A stretch of DNA of 53,724 bases from an uncultured Gammaproteobacteria bacterium (GTDB taxonomy: Bacteria > Patescibacteriota > Patescibacteriia > UBA10025 > JAHIVO01). Shown piece by piece: positions 10,239-19,407 of the stretch. Made by a program: the position numbers and the translations under genes. The DNA lies in contig CAZJUO010000002.1 in NCBI GenBank assembly GCA_964549245.1, forward strand, positions 1-53,724, given 5' to 3'. The notes below the pieces were generated by a model. It was not told the DNA's origin, made no database searches, and saw nothing but the letters and a program-made list of their open reading frames with translations. Numbering within the stretch: the first letter of the stretch is position 1; each line of letters opens with the position of its first letter.

Positions 10239-10489
10239 TACGATTGCTTATTTTTTTTGATCTTATTTTTAATTTTCAGCAGAACGCCTCTCCAAAGGTT
10301 CTTGGTGGCGTAGAGAATGCCAAAAAGCGCACCCAGGATAATTTGAATGAGATAACTGCCGGTGCCCGGGTCAACGTAGGCGTGGGTCATTTTTACCGGA
10401 AATACTAACAGTACGACTATCAATATGATTATTTTTATTGAATCGGGCGCTGTTTTTTTTATGGTACCTCCGGATTCTGGTGTTGGCAT
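10238..10489 (-). CDS. small membrane protein
   Basis: 83 aa with two hydrophobic helices. Its stop overlaps the start of the methyltransferase gene. Confidence 0.45.
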   Translation of the reverse strand: MPTPESGGTIKKTAPDSIKIIILIVVLLVFPVKMTHAYVDPGTGSYLIQIILGALFGILYATKNLWRGVLLKIKNKIKKNKQS

Positions 10490-10660
10490 AAGCTGTTAAG
10501 ATATTACATAAAGTTAAACATTCCCCTCTACTTTTATTATCTGCTTTAATTTTACATTATTTTACCATAAATTGAAAATAAAAATGAGCAGGAGGGGCTG
10601 GTGATGCGTTTTTATACTGCTATATCGAGCCTTGGTAATGGTAAAGATGACGTGGGAAAA

Positions 10661-10689
10661 TTGTTTTTTTATTTTCGTTGCGGTATAAT
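10661..10689 (+). promoter_or_regulatory. sigma70-like promoter TTGTTT-N17-TATAAT
   Basis: TTGTTT at 10661-10666 and TATAAT at 10684-10689, about 40 nt upstream of ATG 10727. Confidence 0.45.
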
Positions 10690-10726
10690 AATATGCACAA
10701 GACATTGTTAGTAAACAAATACAAAC

Positions 10727-11614
10727 ATGGCCCTTGCGGAATTTCATAATTTTTATCCTTACCAACGATTTGTTTTTTGGCCGCTATGGATTTTATCCGT
10801 ACTATTAACAGCTATTATTAGCGGTGTTTTGTATTTTGTTTTCTCGTCTATTACTTTGCACGATGTGCAAAACGACCTGGAGCAAATTGCCATAAAGACA
10901 GCCGCTTTTATCCCGACTGAAGTGCATGAGCGCTTAGAAAAGCCCAGTGACCAAAGCTCCGACGATTATCGTTTGCTAGAGCTCTATTTACAGTCCATCA
11001 TGTCCGGCAATCCCAGTATTGACGATATTTATACCCTGCGCCCGACTGAAGATCCTGATACCATGCAGTTTGTGGTCAGCGGCGAGGAGACTGAAGACGA
11101 GAACCGTGACGGCATCATCGATGAAAGCGAGCAAAAAGCCATGCTGGGGGAAGAATATGACATAACGCAGGCGCCAAAGATCAAAGAAGCCCTTTCCCAA
11201 CCGACACATGACGATAGCATTACCTATGATAAGTGGGGAGCCTGGATATCCGGTTACGCACCATTACGAAATGATCAGGGTGAGGCTGTGGGAGTAGTGG
11301 GGGTTGACTATGAAGCTGGACTGCTTAGTGAAGAACGGCGGCAAATATTATTACCGCTGTTTTATATCAATCTGGCGCTCATCTTGCCCTACGCTTTGTT
11401 ATCATGGTATACAACCCGGAGGATAGGGAAACCGTATCGAACCTTGATCCAAGCTATGGATCGTGTAGTGCATGGCGATATTAATTATAAAATGACCTCC
11501 AGGAAAAAAGGCGAAGAATTCTTATTGGCCAGACTTTTTAACAATATGCGGGACACGTTATTGCATGTCTGCCAGCATGAGGCGAAGAAAAAATACAAAC
11601 CCGACGAAGAGTAA
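10727..11614 (+). CDS. membrane sensor with extracytoplasmic Cache-like domain and HAMP domain, no output domain
   Basis: TM1, then a periplasmic domain (GAWISGYAPLRNDQGEAVGVVGVDY), then TM2. This is followed by the HAMP-like RRIGKPYRTLIQAMDRVVHGDINYKM...EEFLLARLFNNMRDTL. The ORF ends about 20 aa later. Confidence 0.6.
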   Translation: MALAEFHNFYPYQRFVFWPLWILSVLLTAIISGVLYFVFSSITLHDVQNDLEQIAIKTAAFIPTEVHERLEKPSDQSSDDYRLLELYLQSIMSGNPSIDDIYTLRPTEDPDTMQFVVSGEETEDENRDGIIDESEQKAMLGEEYDITQAPKIKEALSQPTHDDSITYDKWGAWISGYAPLRNDQGEAVGVVGVDYEAGLLSEERRQILLPLFYINLALILPYALLSWYTTRRIGKPYRTLIQAMDRVVHGDINYKMTSRKKGEEFLLARLFNNMRDTLLHVCQHEAKKKYKPDEE

Positions 11615-11627
11615 GAAATTATTGGAT

Positions 11628-11659
11628 AAAAAACCCGTCATTAATCTGACGAGTTTTTT
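11628..11659. terminator. bidirectional intrinsic terminator between convergent genes
   Basis: A-run, then ACCCGTCA-ttaatc-TGACGAGT, then TTTTTT. Confidence 0.55.
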
Positions 11660-11676
11660 ATGTTATGTAGTGGTAA

Positions 11677-12459
11677 TTAATAGTTCATCAATCCGGCCCA
11701 ACCGTCGCTTGATGGCTTTACGGTTTCTGGCATAGTGCCTTTGAATTTTGAATAGCCATCATGCAATTCATACGTTTCGATGCTGAATCCCGGAATAGTA
11801 TTGATCAGATGATTTGCCTGGTCTTCAAAATAGTCTTCAGCCTGCTGGAGGTATTTATCCGGTACGTTGAACATGCCCACTTTTCCTTGTTCTAAATCCA
11901 GAGCAACGGTTTGCCGGTCAATCAAGCGTACGCTCACTTTGGCGTAAACTGGCGCTTTGATATATTTATTGAGCATACCGGAAAGCTCGAGACCTCCCTC
12001 GTACTGCCTGACCTGTAAGTCTTGGATAATCGGATCGGGATTTTGGTAGCGGTGCAGCCAGGAAGTGATTTCTTCTGCAGTTATTTGGGTGTCAACAGCT
12101 ACTTCACCGGCGAATATATCTTGATTGCCCGATGAATAATCAGCCGTTTCACCGGTAATCTGCAAGGGGATTTTCATTTTTAGGCTATCGAGCGCTTGAT
12201 CGCTGGTTTGCACTTTGAGGTCGCGCGGTTTATTGGTGCCAAATAAAGCTGACAGCCCGGGGATGCTATACAAGCCAGTGGCTGTTACGGCTACGGCCAA
12301 TACTACAACCACGATCAATAGGACGATGAAGAAGTTTCTCCAACCATGCCTTTTTTTAGGCTGATTGATATTTTGATTCTGGTCAGGTTTTAGCGCCTGC
12401 AAATTTTGGGCGGACAGGGGTTTTTGGGGCGCGGGGTTGTTGTTTTTTTGTTGGGCCAT
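11677..12459 (-). CDS. hypothetical membrane-anchored extracytoplasmic protein
   Basis: 260 aa with a Q/N-rich N-terminus, a single TM and a soluble domain. No recognisable motif. Confidence 0.5.
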   Translation of the reverse strand: MAQQKNNNPAPQKPLSAQNLQALKPDQNQNINQPKKRHGWRNFFIVLLIVVVVLAVAVTATGLYSIPGLSALFGTNKPRDLKVQTSDQALDSLKMKIPLQITGETADYSSGNQDIFAGEVAVDTQITAEEITSWLHRYQNPDPIIQDLQVRQYEGGLELSGMLNKYIKAPVYAKVSVRLIDRQTVALDLEQGKVGMFNVPDKYLQQAEDYFEDQANHLINTIPGFSIETYELHDGYSKFKGTMPETVKPSSDGWAGLMNY

Positions 12460-12466
12460 GGTTTAT

Positions 12467-13159
12467 TTATGTAAACGAATAAATTACCAAACCAATGCCT
12501 AGGATTATTCCAGCAATCCCGAGCACTTTCATGATGGTTGCGGAGCGTGCTGTTCTTTTCTCGACTTCCTCTTCGGTGCGGTAGCTGATGAGGAATTTTT
12601 TATCGTGCTTCTGCATACAGTATCCTTCCGCAGTTTTTGTAACATAACCGAAAACATAAGCATTTTCATTGGCCATTAAGGCTCGTTCGCTGACGCGGGC
12701 ATTAAAATTTGTTAGGCCGGAAAAAATGTTTTCTAAAAGGCTGTTATTGAAACGTTGGCCTCGTTGCCATCGTTTTTCGCCAAGATCACGGGGTTCTATG
12801 GTGGCCCCGTCCGGATTGATTTTTATTTTTCCCGACCCATCATCGATATAAAAAGGGATTTGCTTTTTGTCTTCCTCGACCGTCTCCCAGTTTGTTTCCA
12901 TACGCCCGTCATTGTCGCGCTCCCAAACTTCTTTTTCCACCTCATATTCATAGTAAACACACGGTTGATTGCTAAAAGGAGTTTGCAAGGGAGACTGGCA
13001 AACAACTTTGCCGTAAATTTCAGCTTGAGTATCTGGCTGCACTTTTTGTATGGGCGACACTGATGATTGTTTCATGCTGGTACTGGTAGCTTTTTGTTTT
13101 TTGGCCAGCCACAGAAAGAGACCGCCCAATCCTGCGGCAAATATTCCTACAATAAGCAT
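12467..13159 (-). CDS. GIDE-domain-like membrane protein
   Basis: TM helices at both ends. The central PCVYYEYEVEKE...FYIDDGSGKIKINPDGA pattern resembles the GIDE family. Confidence 0.5.
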   Translation of the reverse strand: MLIVGIFAAGLGGLFLWLAKKQKATSTSMKQSSVSPIQKVQPDTQAEIYGKVVCQSPLQTPFSNQPCVYYEYEVEKEVWERDNDGRMETNWETVEEDKKQIPFYIDDGSGKIKINPDGATIEPRDLGEKRWQRGQRFNNSLLENIFSGLTNFNARVSERALMANENAYVFGYVTKTAEGYCMQKHDKKFLISYRTEEEVEKRTARSATIMKVLGIAGIILGIGLVIYSFT

Positions 13160-13194
13160 AAGCGAATGTCGTTAATAGTCATGGTATTTAATTA

Positions 13195-13680
13195 TTAATA
13201 ATGGATATTTTTTCCAAGGCCGAATTTAACGCTGCGTACGATAATGCCTATGACGCTGCCTGCCATACCCAGCCAAAAGGCTAGACGGGCAACAATATTT
13301 AGCCAGTTAATATTGACAGCTGAAAAGTCGAGGGGGAATATTGTCACCAAATTGTACAAAACTATGATGGTAATAATATCAAGAATGGTCCGTCCCAAAA
13401 AGTAGAAGCGCCGCTCGTCGTACAATAAAAAGATGATATTGATAATAATGGTGACAATTAAGCTAAAGTTAAAAATATCTACCATTTTTTCCCAGTCATC
13501 GGTGATGAATGCCAGATTCCAGTCAGCGATTTTGTTGACAACAAACAACATAGCCCCGCTGATGACAGCGGTAGCCAGGTAAGAGCTATAGCGGCTAACT
13601 TTTTTTGAAATTTTCGGGGGAGATTGTTTGGGCAGGCTGGCAGTTGATTGCGTCACGGGTTTGGTGTGGTTATTCTTCAT
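13195..13680 (-). CDS. hypothetical integral membrane protein
   Basis: 161 aa with 4 hydrophobic helices. Confidence 0.5.
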   Translation of the reverse strand: MKNNHTKPVTQSTASLPKQSPPKISKKVSRYSSYLATAVISGAMLFVVNKIADWNLAFITDDWEKMVDIFNFSLIVTIIINIIFLLYDERRFYFLGRTILDIITIIVLYNLVTIFPLDFSAVNINWLNIVARLAFWLGMAGSVIGIIVRSVKFGLGKNIHY

Positions 13681-14188
13681 AGTTGGCGTTTATTTCGTTA
13701 TTATTTTCTGGGAATATAGAAAATTCTGCGAAGTCAATTTCATTCATTTGTTCGGTGGCAGCAGCCCTGATTTTTACTTTAGCTCCGCGGCATTGGTCAG
13801 GCTGGTCATAGCGCCATTCCATAGATCGGGGCGCGGCACTGACTGCTTGGCCGATGTTTTGCTCTTTGTACCAAAAATAGCCACAATCAACTTCCCACTG
13901 GTAGTAAAGCGAATCGGTCTTCCCCAGCTCACTGCCCTGAAAAGCGCCTTGAGCGGACAATTGGTAGTGGTAGGGTGTGGTGTCATCAATAGTATCAAGC
14001 AGGGGATCGGCTTTGATGCCGGAGATGGTTGCAGGGGCTGCAGTTTCCGCGGCTTGATTAGCGTTATTCTTTTGTTGCTGCGCTTTTTTTTGAAAAAACT
14101 CCTTGGTGCAACCGCTCGTTACGGCAGCCATAATGATAAGTGGAATGACTAGTATGATTGTTTTTATGGCAATTTTCATAAACCACAA
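13670..14188 (-). CDS. putative lipoprotein
   Basis: Signal peptide with lipobox-like LIIMAAVTSGC. Confidence 0.55.
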   Translation of the reverse strand: MWFMKIAIKTIILVIPLIIMAAVTSGCTKEFFQKKAQQQKNNANQAAETAAPATISGIKADPLLDTIDDTTPYHYQLSAQGAFQGSELGKTDSLYYQWEVDCGYFWYKEQNIGQAVSAAPRSMEWRYDQPDQCRGAKVKIRAAATEQMNEIDFAEFSIFPENNNEINANYEE

Positions 14189-14345
14189 GCTTACTACTTA
14201 TGCATAGTAAGTATAGCAGATTTTTCAGATTTTACTTAATGTAAATTTTATCGGTGAGCGCAGGCTTATCTGGTGTGGTATGCGACATGACAAAGCTTCA
14301 CCAGGCGGTTATGTGGCTAGATTCTTATGCTTATTTGAGCGCTGG

Positions 14346-15482
14346 TTAATTTTTGAATTTAAATAATTTCCAGGCAATTGCAAAGGAAATAACTATCCAG
14401 GCTCCCATAAAAGCCAGTTGGGTATAAATATCTGACAAACTGCCGCCATTAATCGAAACTTCCCGCAGGGCTTCGATTACCGGAGTTAACGGTAAAAAAT
14501 CCACAATACTGGCTACTACTTTTGGCAGTGTTTCTGATGGAAAAAACACCCCGGAAAAGAACATCATGGGCATGGCAACAACCTGGGAGAGGGCTTCAGC
14601 TGTCTTGGTATTTTTTGAATAACCGGCGATGGCAAAGCCGATATTCAAGAAAATCAAACTTGCTAGAATACTAATAGTATAAATCAATACGTAATTACCC
14701 TGTACTACCACTCCGAAAGCAAGGCGAGCCAGACCGATAATTAAGGTGATTTGAATTATATTTAGAAATAAGTACGAGCCAACTTCAGCCATCAGAAAAT
14801 CGCGTACTTTGAGGGGAGTGGCCGATAACCGTTTCAATAATTTTTGTTCACGGTATCGGCTGATGCCGGTAGAGATGCCAATGATAGCTGACATCATCAG
14901 GGCCATGCCGAGGATACCGGGCATGATAATATCAATATATTCAATGTCGTTGGATTGGATGTTTTCCGTGGTATAGGAAAAAACAGCCGGAGCTTGGGCT
15001 ATCTGCATATTCATTTGGTCAACAAATTTATCGACGATGCTTAAAGCGACCTGGTTGACGGTAAGATTACTTTCGTCATAAAAAACCTGAATGGGCGAGG
15101 GTTGGGGCACCTCCTGCGGGGCGGGCGGTTCCATTCCTGCCGGGAGTTCAGCCGGCAACTTGGCAGCGGCAGGTGCCGTGAAATCTTCCGGAATTAGTAT
15201 GACAATTTCAACATCACCATCTGTTAACTGCTGTTTTGCTTCTTCAAGCGTGGCGGGCGCTTCTTGTTTTTTTAAAATTTCGATTTTTTCCAAGCCGCCG
15301 CAGAACTGCTGTGAAAGTTCTGATTGGGCATTGTCGATTATGACGTATTTGGCGTTGCCCATTTTGGTAAAGTCAAACAACCCAAAGATCACGATAAACA
15401 TCAAGGGAAACGCCAGAGACCAGAAAATCGCTTGTTTGTCCCGAAACGTCATTTTGATATTGGCCCAAAGGAGTTGTAGCAT
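14346..15482 (-). CDS. ABC-2 type transporter permease
   Basis: 378 aa with an N-terminal TM, a large extracytoplasmic loop and 5 C-terminal TMs. It lies directly downstream of the ATPase gene. Confidence 0.8.
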   Translation of the reverse strand: MLQLLWANIKMTFRDKQAIFWSLAFPLMFIVIFGLFDFTKMGNAKYVIIDNAQSELSQQFCGGLEKIEILKKQEAPATLEEAKQQLTDGDVEIVILIPEDFTAPAAAKLPAELPAGMEPPAPQEVPQPSPIQVFYDESNLTVNQVALSIVDKFVDQMNMQIAQAPAVFSYTTENIQSNDIEYIDIIMPGILGMALMMSAIIGISTGISRYREQKLLKRLSATPLKVRDFLMAEVGSYLFLNIIQITLIIGLARLAFGVVVQGNYVLIYTISILASLIFLNIGFAIAGYSKNTKTAEALSQVVAMPMMFFSGVFFPSETLPKVVASIVDFLPLTPVIEALREVSINGGSLSDIYTQLAFMGAWIVISFAIAWKLFKFKN

Positions 15483-15523
15483 AGAAAGTAATAGGAATTA
15501 GTAATCAGTAGTTACTAAAAAGG

Positions 15524-16456
15524 TTATTCACGTAGTTTTTTACCAGTCAGCTCTAAAAATACGTCTTCCAAATTGGATGAAATTACTTCCAAATCCTGCA
15601 TAAAAACGTTATTTGTTTCAGCCCATTTATATAGTTTGGGCAGTGCTTCATTGCTCTTGGTAACTTGGAGATGGTAGATGTGATTTGGTTTTTTGTCTAC
15701 TTTTAGAATTCCTTCAACTTGTTCTAAAGAATTTACGGAAAGTTGGTCTTCGGTATGGAAATAAATACGAGCAGAAGATTGTAGCTTTCTGACTAGGTTT
15801 TTGGGCGTGTCAATGGCGATAATTTTCCCTTGGTCCATAATACCAACCCGATCGCATAAATACTCGGCCTCTTCCATATAGTGGGTTGTCAGAATAATGG
15901 TTTTGCCCTGTTCATTTATTTTTTTAATAAAACCCCACATATGGTGCCTGGCTTGCGGGTCAAGCCCGGTAGTTGGTTCGTCAAGAAATACAATTTCCGG
16001 GTCATTAACCAGGGCGGCACAGATAGAGAAACGCTGTTGTTGGCCGCCGGATAATTGCTTGATCATAGCTTTCCTCTTGGAATTTAAGCCGACAATTTCC
16101 AATAGTTTGTCCGCCTCCACGGAAGTTTTGTAAAATGTTCCGAAGAGCGCCAGTATTTCCCCTAAGCGCAAATATTCATAGTAAGCCGAAGACTGTAGCT
16201 GGATACCAATGAGGTTTTTTACTTGTTCGAGGTTTTTTTGCGTGCTGATGTTTTTAATCAACGTTTCGCCGCTGGTTGGTTCTTGCAAACCCTCGATGAT
16301 TTCCAGCGTGGTGGTTTTGCCAGCGCCATTAGGGCCCAGCAAGCCGAAGATTTCTCCTTTATCCACTGAAAAAGAGGTATCGTTGACCGCTATGAGATCG
16401 GATTTGTCTGGTTCTTTGAATTTTTTTGTTAAATTTTTTACTTCGATGACAGGCAT
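15524..16456 (-). CDS. ABC transporter ATP-binding protein
   Basis: Walker A GPNGAGKTT, signature LSGGQQQR and Walker B IVFLDEPTTGLD. Confidence 0.9.
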   Translation of the reverse strand: MPVIEVKNLTKKFKEPDKSDLIAVNDTSFSVDKGEIFGLLGPNGAGKTTTLEIIEGLQEPTSGETLIKNISTQKNLEQVKNLIGIQLQSSAYYEYLRLGEILALFGTFYKTSVEADKLLEIVGLNSKRKAMIKQLSGGQQQRFSICAALVNDPEIVFLDEPTTGLDPQARHHMWGFIKKINEQGKTIILTTHYMEEAEYLCDRVGIMDQGKIIAIDTPKNLVRKLQSSARIYFHTEDQLSVNSLEQVEGILKVDKKPNHIYHLQVTKSNEALPKLYKWAETNNVFMQDLEVISSNLEDVFLELTGKKLRE

Positions 16457-16607
16457 ACTATATATTGTAGATTGATTGGTAGTATATCAGAATAATGCAA
16501 TCCAAACAATAGAGCGGTGCAAGTTGTCATTGAGCCATTAATGCACGATTTGTTTTATAAGGGCGGTAACGCTATACTAATAATATAATACGTAATATAA
16601 TAGGAAT

Positions 16608-16823
16608 ATGAAAGACAATAAAACACCAGACAAAAACGAAGCCCATAAGGCGTTTGATACGCTTTCCCAAAAGGCCAAGGACATGAAAGAAAAGTTTGAG
16701 GAAATGGATGAGAGCACTAAGAAGAAAGTTATGGCCGGGGTAGGCGGCGCCTTAGCTCTCTTGGCCACTATCGGGTTGGCCAAAAAAATACACCGCAAGA
16801 AAAAGAACAAAGATACGGAATAA
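16608..16823 (+). CDS. small charged protein with C-terminal membrane anchor
   Basis: 71 aa with a K/E-rich helix followed by VMAGVGGALALLATIGLA. No clear SD. Confidence 0.4.
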   Translation: MKDNKTPDKNEAHKAFDTLSQKAKDMKEKFEEMDESTKKKVMAGVGGALALLATIGLAKKIHRKKKNKDTE

Positions 16824-16868
16824 GGTTTAAAAAAGGGTGCTGCGAGAGCGCTCTTTTTTAATTGGTTG

Positions 16869-16897
16869 TTGACAGGCAAGCTATTAACGGATAAGCT
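16869..16897 (+). promoter_or_regulatory. promoter TTGACA-N17-TAAGCT
   Basis: TTGACA at 16869-16874 and TAAGCT at 16892-16897. The -10 context TAAGCTGTAATAATT is nearly identical to that at 19359. Confidence 0.45.
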
Positions 16898-16981
16898 GTA
16901 ATAATTGTTTTTAATGTTCCTTAGAAAAATATAAAACGGTCCACCTACGCCAAGGCTACGGCGGACAAGGAGGAAAATAAC

Positions 16982-17368
16982 ATGGCAGAAAAACAAAGCG
17001 CAGTACCGAGTAATGATGCAGGCGCTTCAAGATTCAAGGGTTGCTATATTGTACAGGTGATAACCGCCAAGCAGTTGACCGAGTCCGGGTGCCCGCATTG
17101 TAAAAGTATTTATGGGGTTTCGGACCGGGTTTTTACAATGGACCAGTTGAGCCCTGAACACAAGGTTTGCGAATTTGTTGTGCACCATAAGTGCAGTACA
17201 TGTCAGCGTTCCATAGTAGTGGTTGGTGAGTTGCCGCCGGCAGACTCTATTGAGAGCCTGAAATTGGCTGTGTTTATGGCAGTGAATAACGTTAGTGTCT
17301 TCCAGGTACATAGTGCCCTTAGTAGCGCTTTGTCTAAATCAGCGGTGCGCGGCGGAAAGGCATTTTAA
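16982..17368 (+). CDS. hypothetical protein with two Cys pairs (zinc-ribbon-like)
   Basis: SD GGAGG lies 8 nt upstream of the ATG. Cys pairs are CPHC...CSTC. The gene has its own promoter and terminator. Confidence 0.5.
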   Translation: MAEKQSAVPSNDAGASRFKGCYIVQVITAKQLTESGCPHCKSIYGVSDRVFTMDQLSPEHKVCEFVVHHKCSTCQRSIVVVGELPPADSIESLKLAVFMAVNNVSVFQVHSALSSALSKSAVRGGKAF

Positions 17369-17393
17369 TTGTATAACGATTTCTGGCCGTTTA

Positions 17394-17420
17394 AAACAGC
17401 TCCTAAGAGCTGTTTTATTA
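17394..17420 (+). terminator. intrinsic terminator
   Basis: ACAGCTC-ctaa-GAGCTGT followed by TTTTATTATT. Confidence 0.6.
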
Positions 17421-17487
17421 TTGACAAAAAACAACAGCAGTATAAACTTAGGAAAACAAATAAAGCACTTTAATAAGAAGGAGTAAA

Positions 17488-18138
17488 TTGATGATACAGA
17501 TAATTCCGGCGATTTTATCGGATAATATTTTTGAAATTCAGGGTAAGCTAGAACAGCTTCACGGGCTAAGTGAATGGGTACAATTTGATGTATGCGATGG
17601 AACTTTTGTTAAAAACAGGACTGTAGCAGTGGCTGATTTAGCAAACATACAAACCAAGGCGCGCAAAGAAGTTCATTTAATGGTTGAAGACCCTTTGAAG
17701 TATTTGGATGAATGTCAGTCAATAGGCGCTGAACGGGTGTATGTGCATGTCGAAGCCCTAAAAGATCGTCACAATTTTGCCCAACTCATAAGTTATAGTA
17801 ACCAAAGATCGATGACTATCGGAGTGGCGATAAATCCTGATACGGATTTTGATGTGCTGGGCCCTTGTTTGCGCGTGGTGCATCACGTGCTGGTCATGGG
17901 GGTACAGCCTGGCTGGCAAGGAGCTACCTTTATTCCCAAAGTACTTACTACCGTGAAAAAGCTAGCCGAGTTAGCGCCTCGGATAACCATCGGCATTGAT
18001 GGCGGTATCAAGCTGGGCAATATCCAGTCAGTAGCCCAAGCAGGGGCAGAAAATATCTATGTCGGCAGTGCGTTATTTAAGAATGACAATCCGGCTAAAG
18101 CAATCAAAAAATTTAAAACCAAAATAGCTTGTTTTTAG
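17488..18138 (+). CDS. ribulose-phosphate 3-epimerase family protein (divergent)
   Basis: Motifs IIPAILS, QFDVCDGTFVKN (canonical HxDVMDGxFVPN), HLMVEDP, MGVQPGWQGATF and IDGGI. SD AAGGAG is present upstream. Confidence 0.7.
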   Translation: MMIQIIPAILSDNIFEIQGKLEQLHGLSEWVQFDVCDGTFVKNRTVAVADLANIQTKARKEVHLMVEDPLKYLDECQSIGAERVYVHVEALKDRHNFAQLISYSNQRSMTIGVAINPDTDFDVLGPCLRVVHHVLVMGVQPGWQGATFIPKVLTTVKKLAELAPRITIGIDGGIKLGNIQSVAQAGAENIYVGSALFKNDNPAKAIKKFKTKIACF

Positions 18139-18153
18139 ACAAGAGGAGGGTTT

Positions 18154-18537
18154 ATGAAAGAGAATATGCCGGTGGCGGCTCAAGTAGCAGTATTATGCGA
18201 CCAAAAATTACTCCCTAAAATACTGGCGGAGCGGGTAGCCAAGGGCGCTGCGCTGTTGGACGAGCATTTCGGCGGACCGGGGTGGATTGGAAAAGTCGAT
18301 TGGGCTGCATTGGATTTTGTTGGTGTGGTTGATGGCAAGAACAACGATATTTTAGCCCAATTATTTCGCGATCCTTATGCTACTGGAGCTTTATTAGGCG
18401 TTGATAACCAAGAGTCTTATTACGGCTTTCGGCCGCCGTTGCTTGATCAAGGCGAAGCGCTCGTCGAAGCATGGAAAGCCTATATACGTATGCGTTTGAC
18501 CAGCGGAGAAATAGATATTGCGCAGTATCTCGCCTAG
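18154..18537 (+). CDS. hypothetical protein
   Basis: 127 aa. SD GAGGAGG lies upstream. The gene is followed by a strong terminator. Confidence 0.5.
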   Translation: MKENMPVAAQVAVLCDQKLLPKILAERVAKGAALLDEHFGGPGWIGKVDWAALDFVGVVDGKNNDILAQLFRDPYATGALLGVDNQESYYGFRPPLLDQGEALVEAWKAYIRMRLTSGEIDIAQYLA

Positions 18538-18551
18538 TTAAAAAAGGCTAA

Positions 18552-18586
18552 ACAGCCATTTAATGTACGTGAATGGCTGTTTTTTA
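18552..18586 (+). terminator. intrinsic terminator
   Basis: ACAGCCATT-11 nt-AATGGCTGT followed by TTTTT. Confidence 0.7.
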
Positions 18587-18606
18587 ATTTATTGAACTAT
18601 GGCAAA

Positions 18607-19278
18607 CTATGGCAGGGAATATTTGGCGTGTTCGCGGTAGTGGAGCACATAATCAAGAGCTACCTTGGCAGTTATGACCATGATTGTGAAAATAGTGTTA
18701 AAGCCCACAAAGGTCATAATAAAACCACTGCCAAGCAGAACCAAGTGCATTACGATTACTCGCCCGTAGGGAGCCATCATTGCTTTGCTTGGAGAGGTTT
18801 GCAGGTATTCTTTTTTACCGATAAAGTTGGATTTATATGATATGCCGTGGCTAATGAGCAGAGACAGCGCGAGCGTGAAAAAACCAACTACGGAAAAATC
18901 TATTTGGTTCAATAGTTCCGGAATGGGAGTGCTGGTTCCGAGGGTATTATCGGGGAGGCTAGGCAGGCCGAAAAGAGCCACCACAAAAACGCCATGCACA
19001 ATGGTAAATATCCCAAAATGCATGATAAAAAAAGGTATCATGAAAAATTTTCCCGAACCCTTGATGGGCAGGTTATTAATTTTCGCGGAGGAAGGATTCG
19101 GCGCCTCTGCTTTGGCAATTTTTAGTACCGTGTAAAACCCAATGATAACGTTTTCCATCCAGTAGGCCAGCATAATAGAGAATAAGCTCCAGTCGAACAA
19201 CACAACACTAGCTAGGGCTATACAGTTGGCAATGATCAGGGAATACGCGGACATTTTTTTTGGCACCGAGGGAAGCAT
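18607..19278 (-). CDS. integral membrane protein (DUF6498-like)
   Basis: 223 aa with about 6 TM helices. The LAYWMENVIIGFY motif is reminiscent of that family. Confidence 0.5.
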   Translation of the reverse strand: MLPSVPKKMSAYSLIIANCIALASVVLFDWSLFSIMLAYWMENVIIGFYTVLKIAKAEAPNPSSAKINNLPIKGSGKFFMIPFFIMHFGIFTIVHGVFVVALFGLPSLPDNTLGTSTPIPELLNQIDFSVVGFFTLALSLLISHGISYKSNFIGKKEYLQTSPSKAMMAPYGRVIVMHLVLLGSGFIMTFVGFNTIFTIMVITAKVALDYVLHYREHAKYSLP

Positions 19279-19336
19279 GGTTTAATTGTAGCACACCCGA
19301 AAGCATATATGGTAGATATTCATAGGCATTTATTTA

Positions 19337-19364
19337 TTGACAAAAAATAATAATATTGTAAGCT
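19337..19364 (+). promoter_or_regulatory. promoter TTGACA-N16-TAAGCT
   Basis: TTGACA at 19337-19342 and TAAGCT at 19359-19364, followed by GTAGTAATT as at 16898. Confidence 0.45.
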
Positions 19365-19407
19365 GTAGTAATTATCAAGGCAGGATATATCAAAACGCGG
19401 AGGAACC

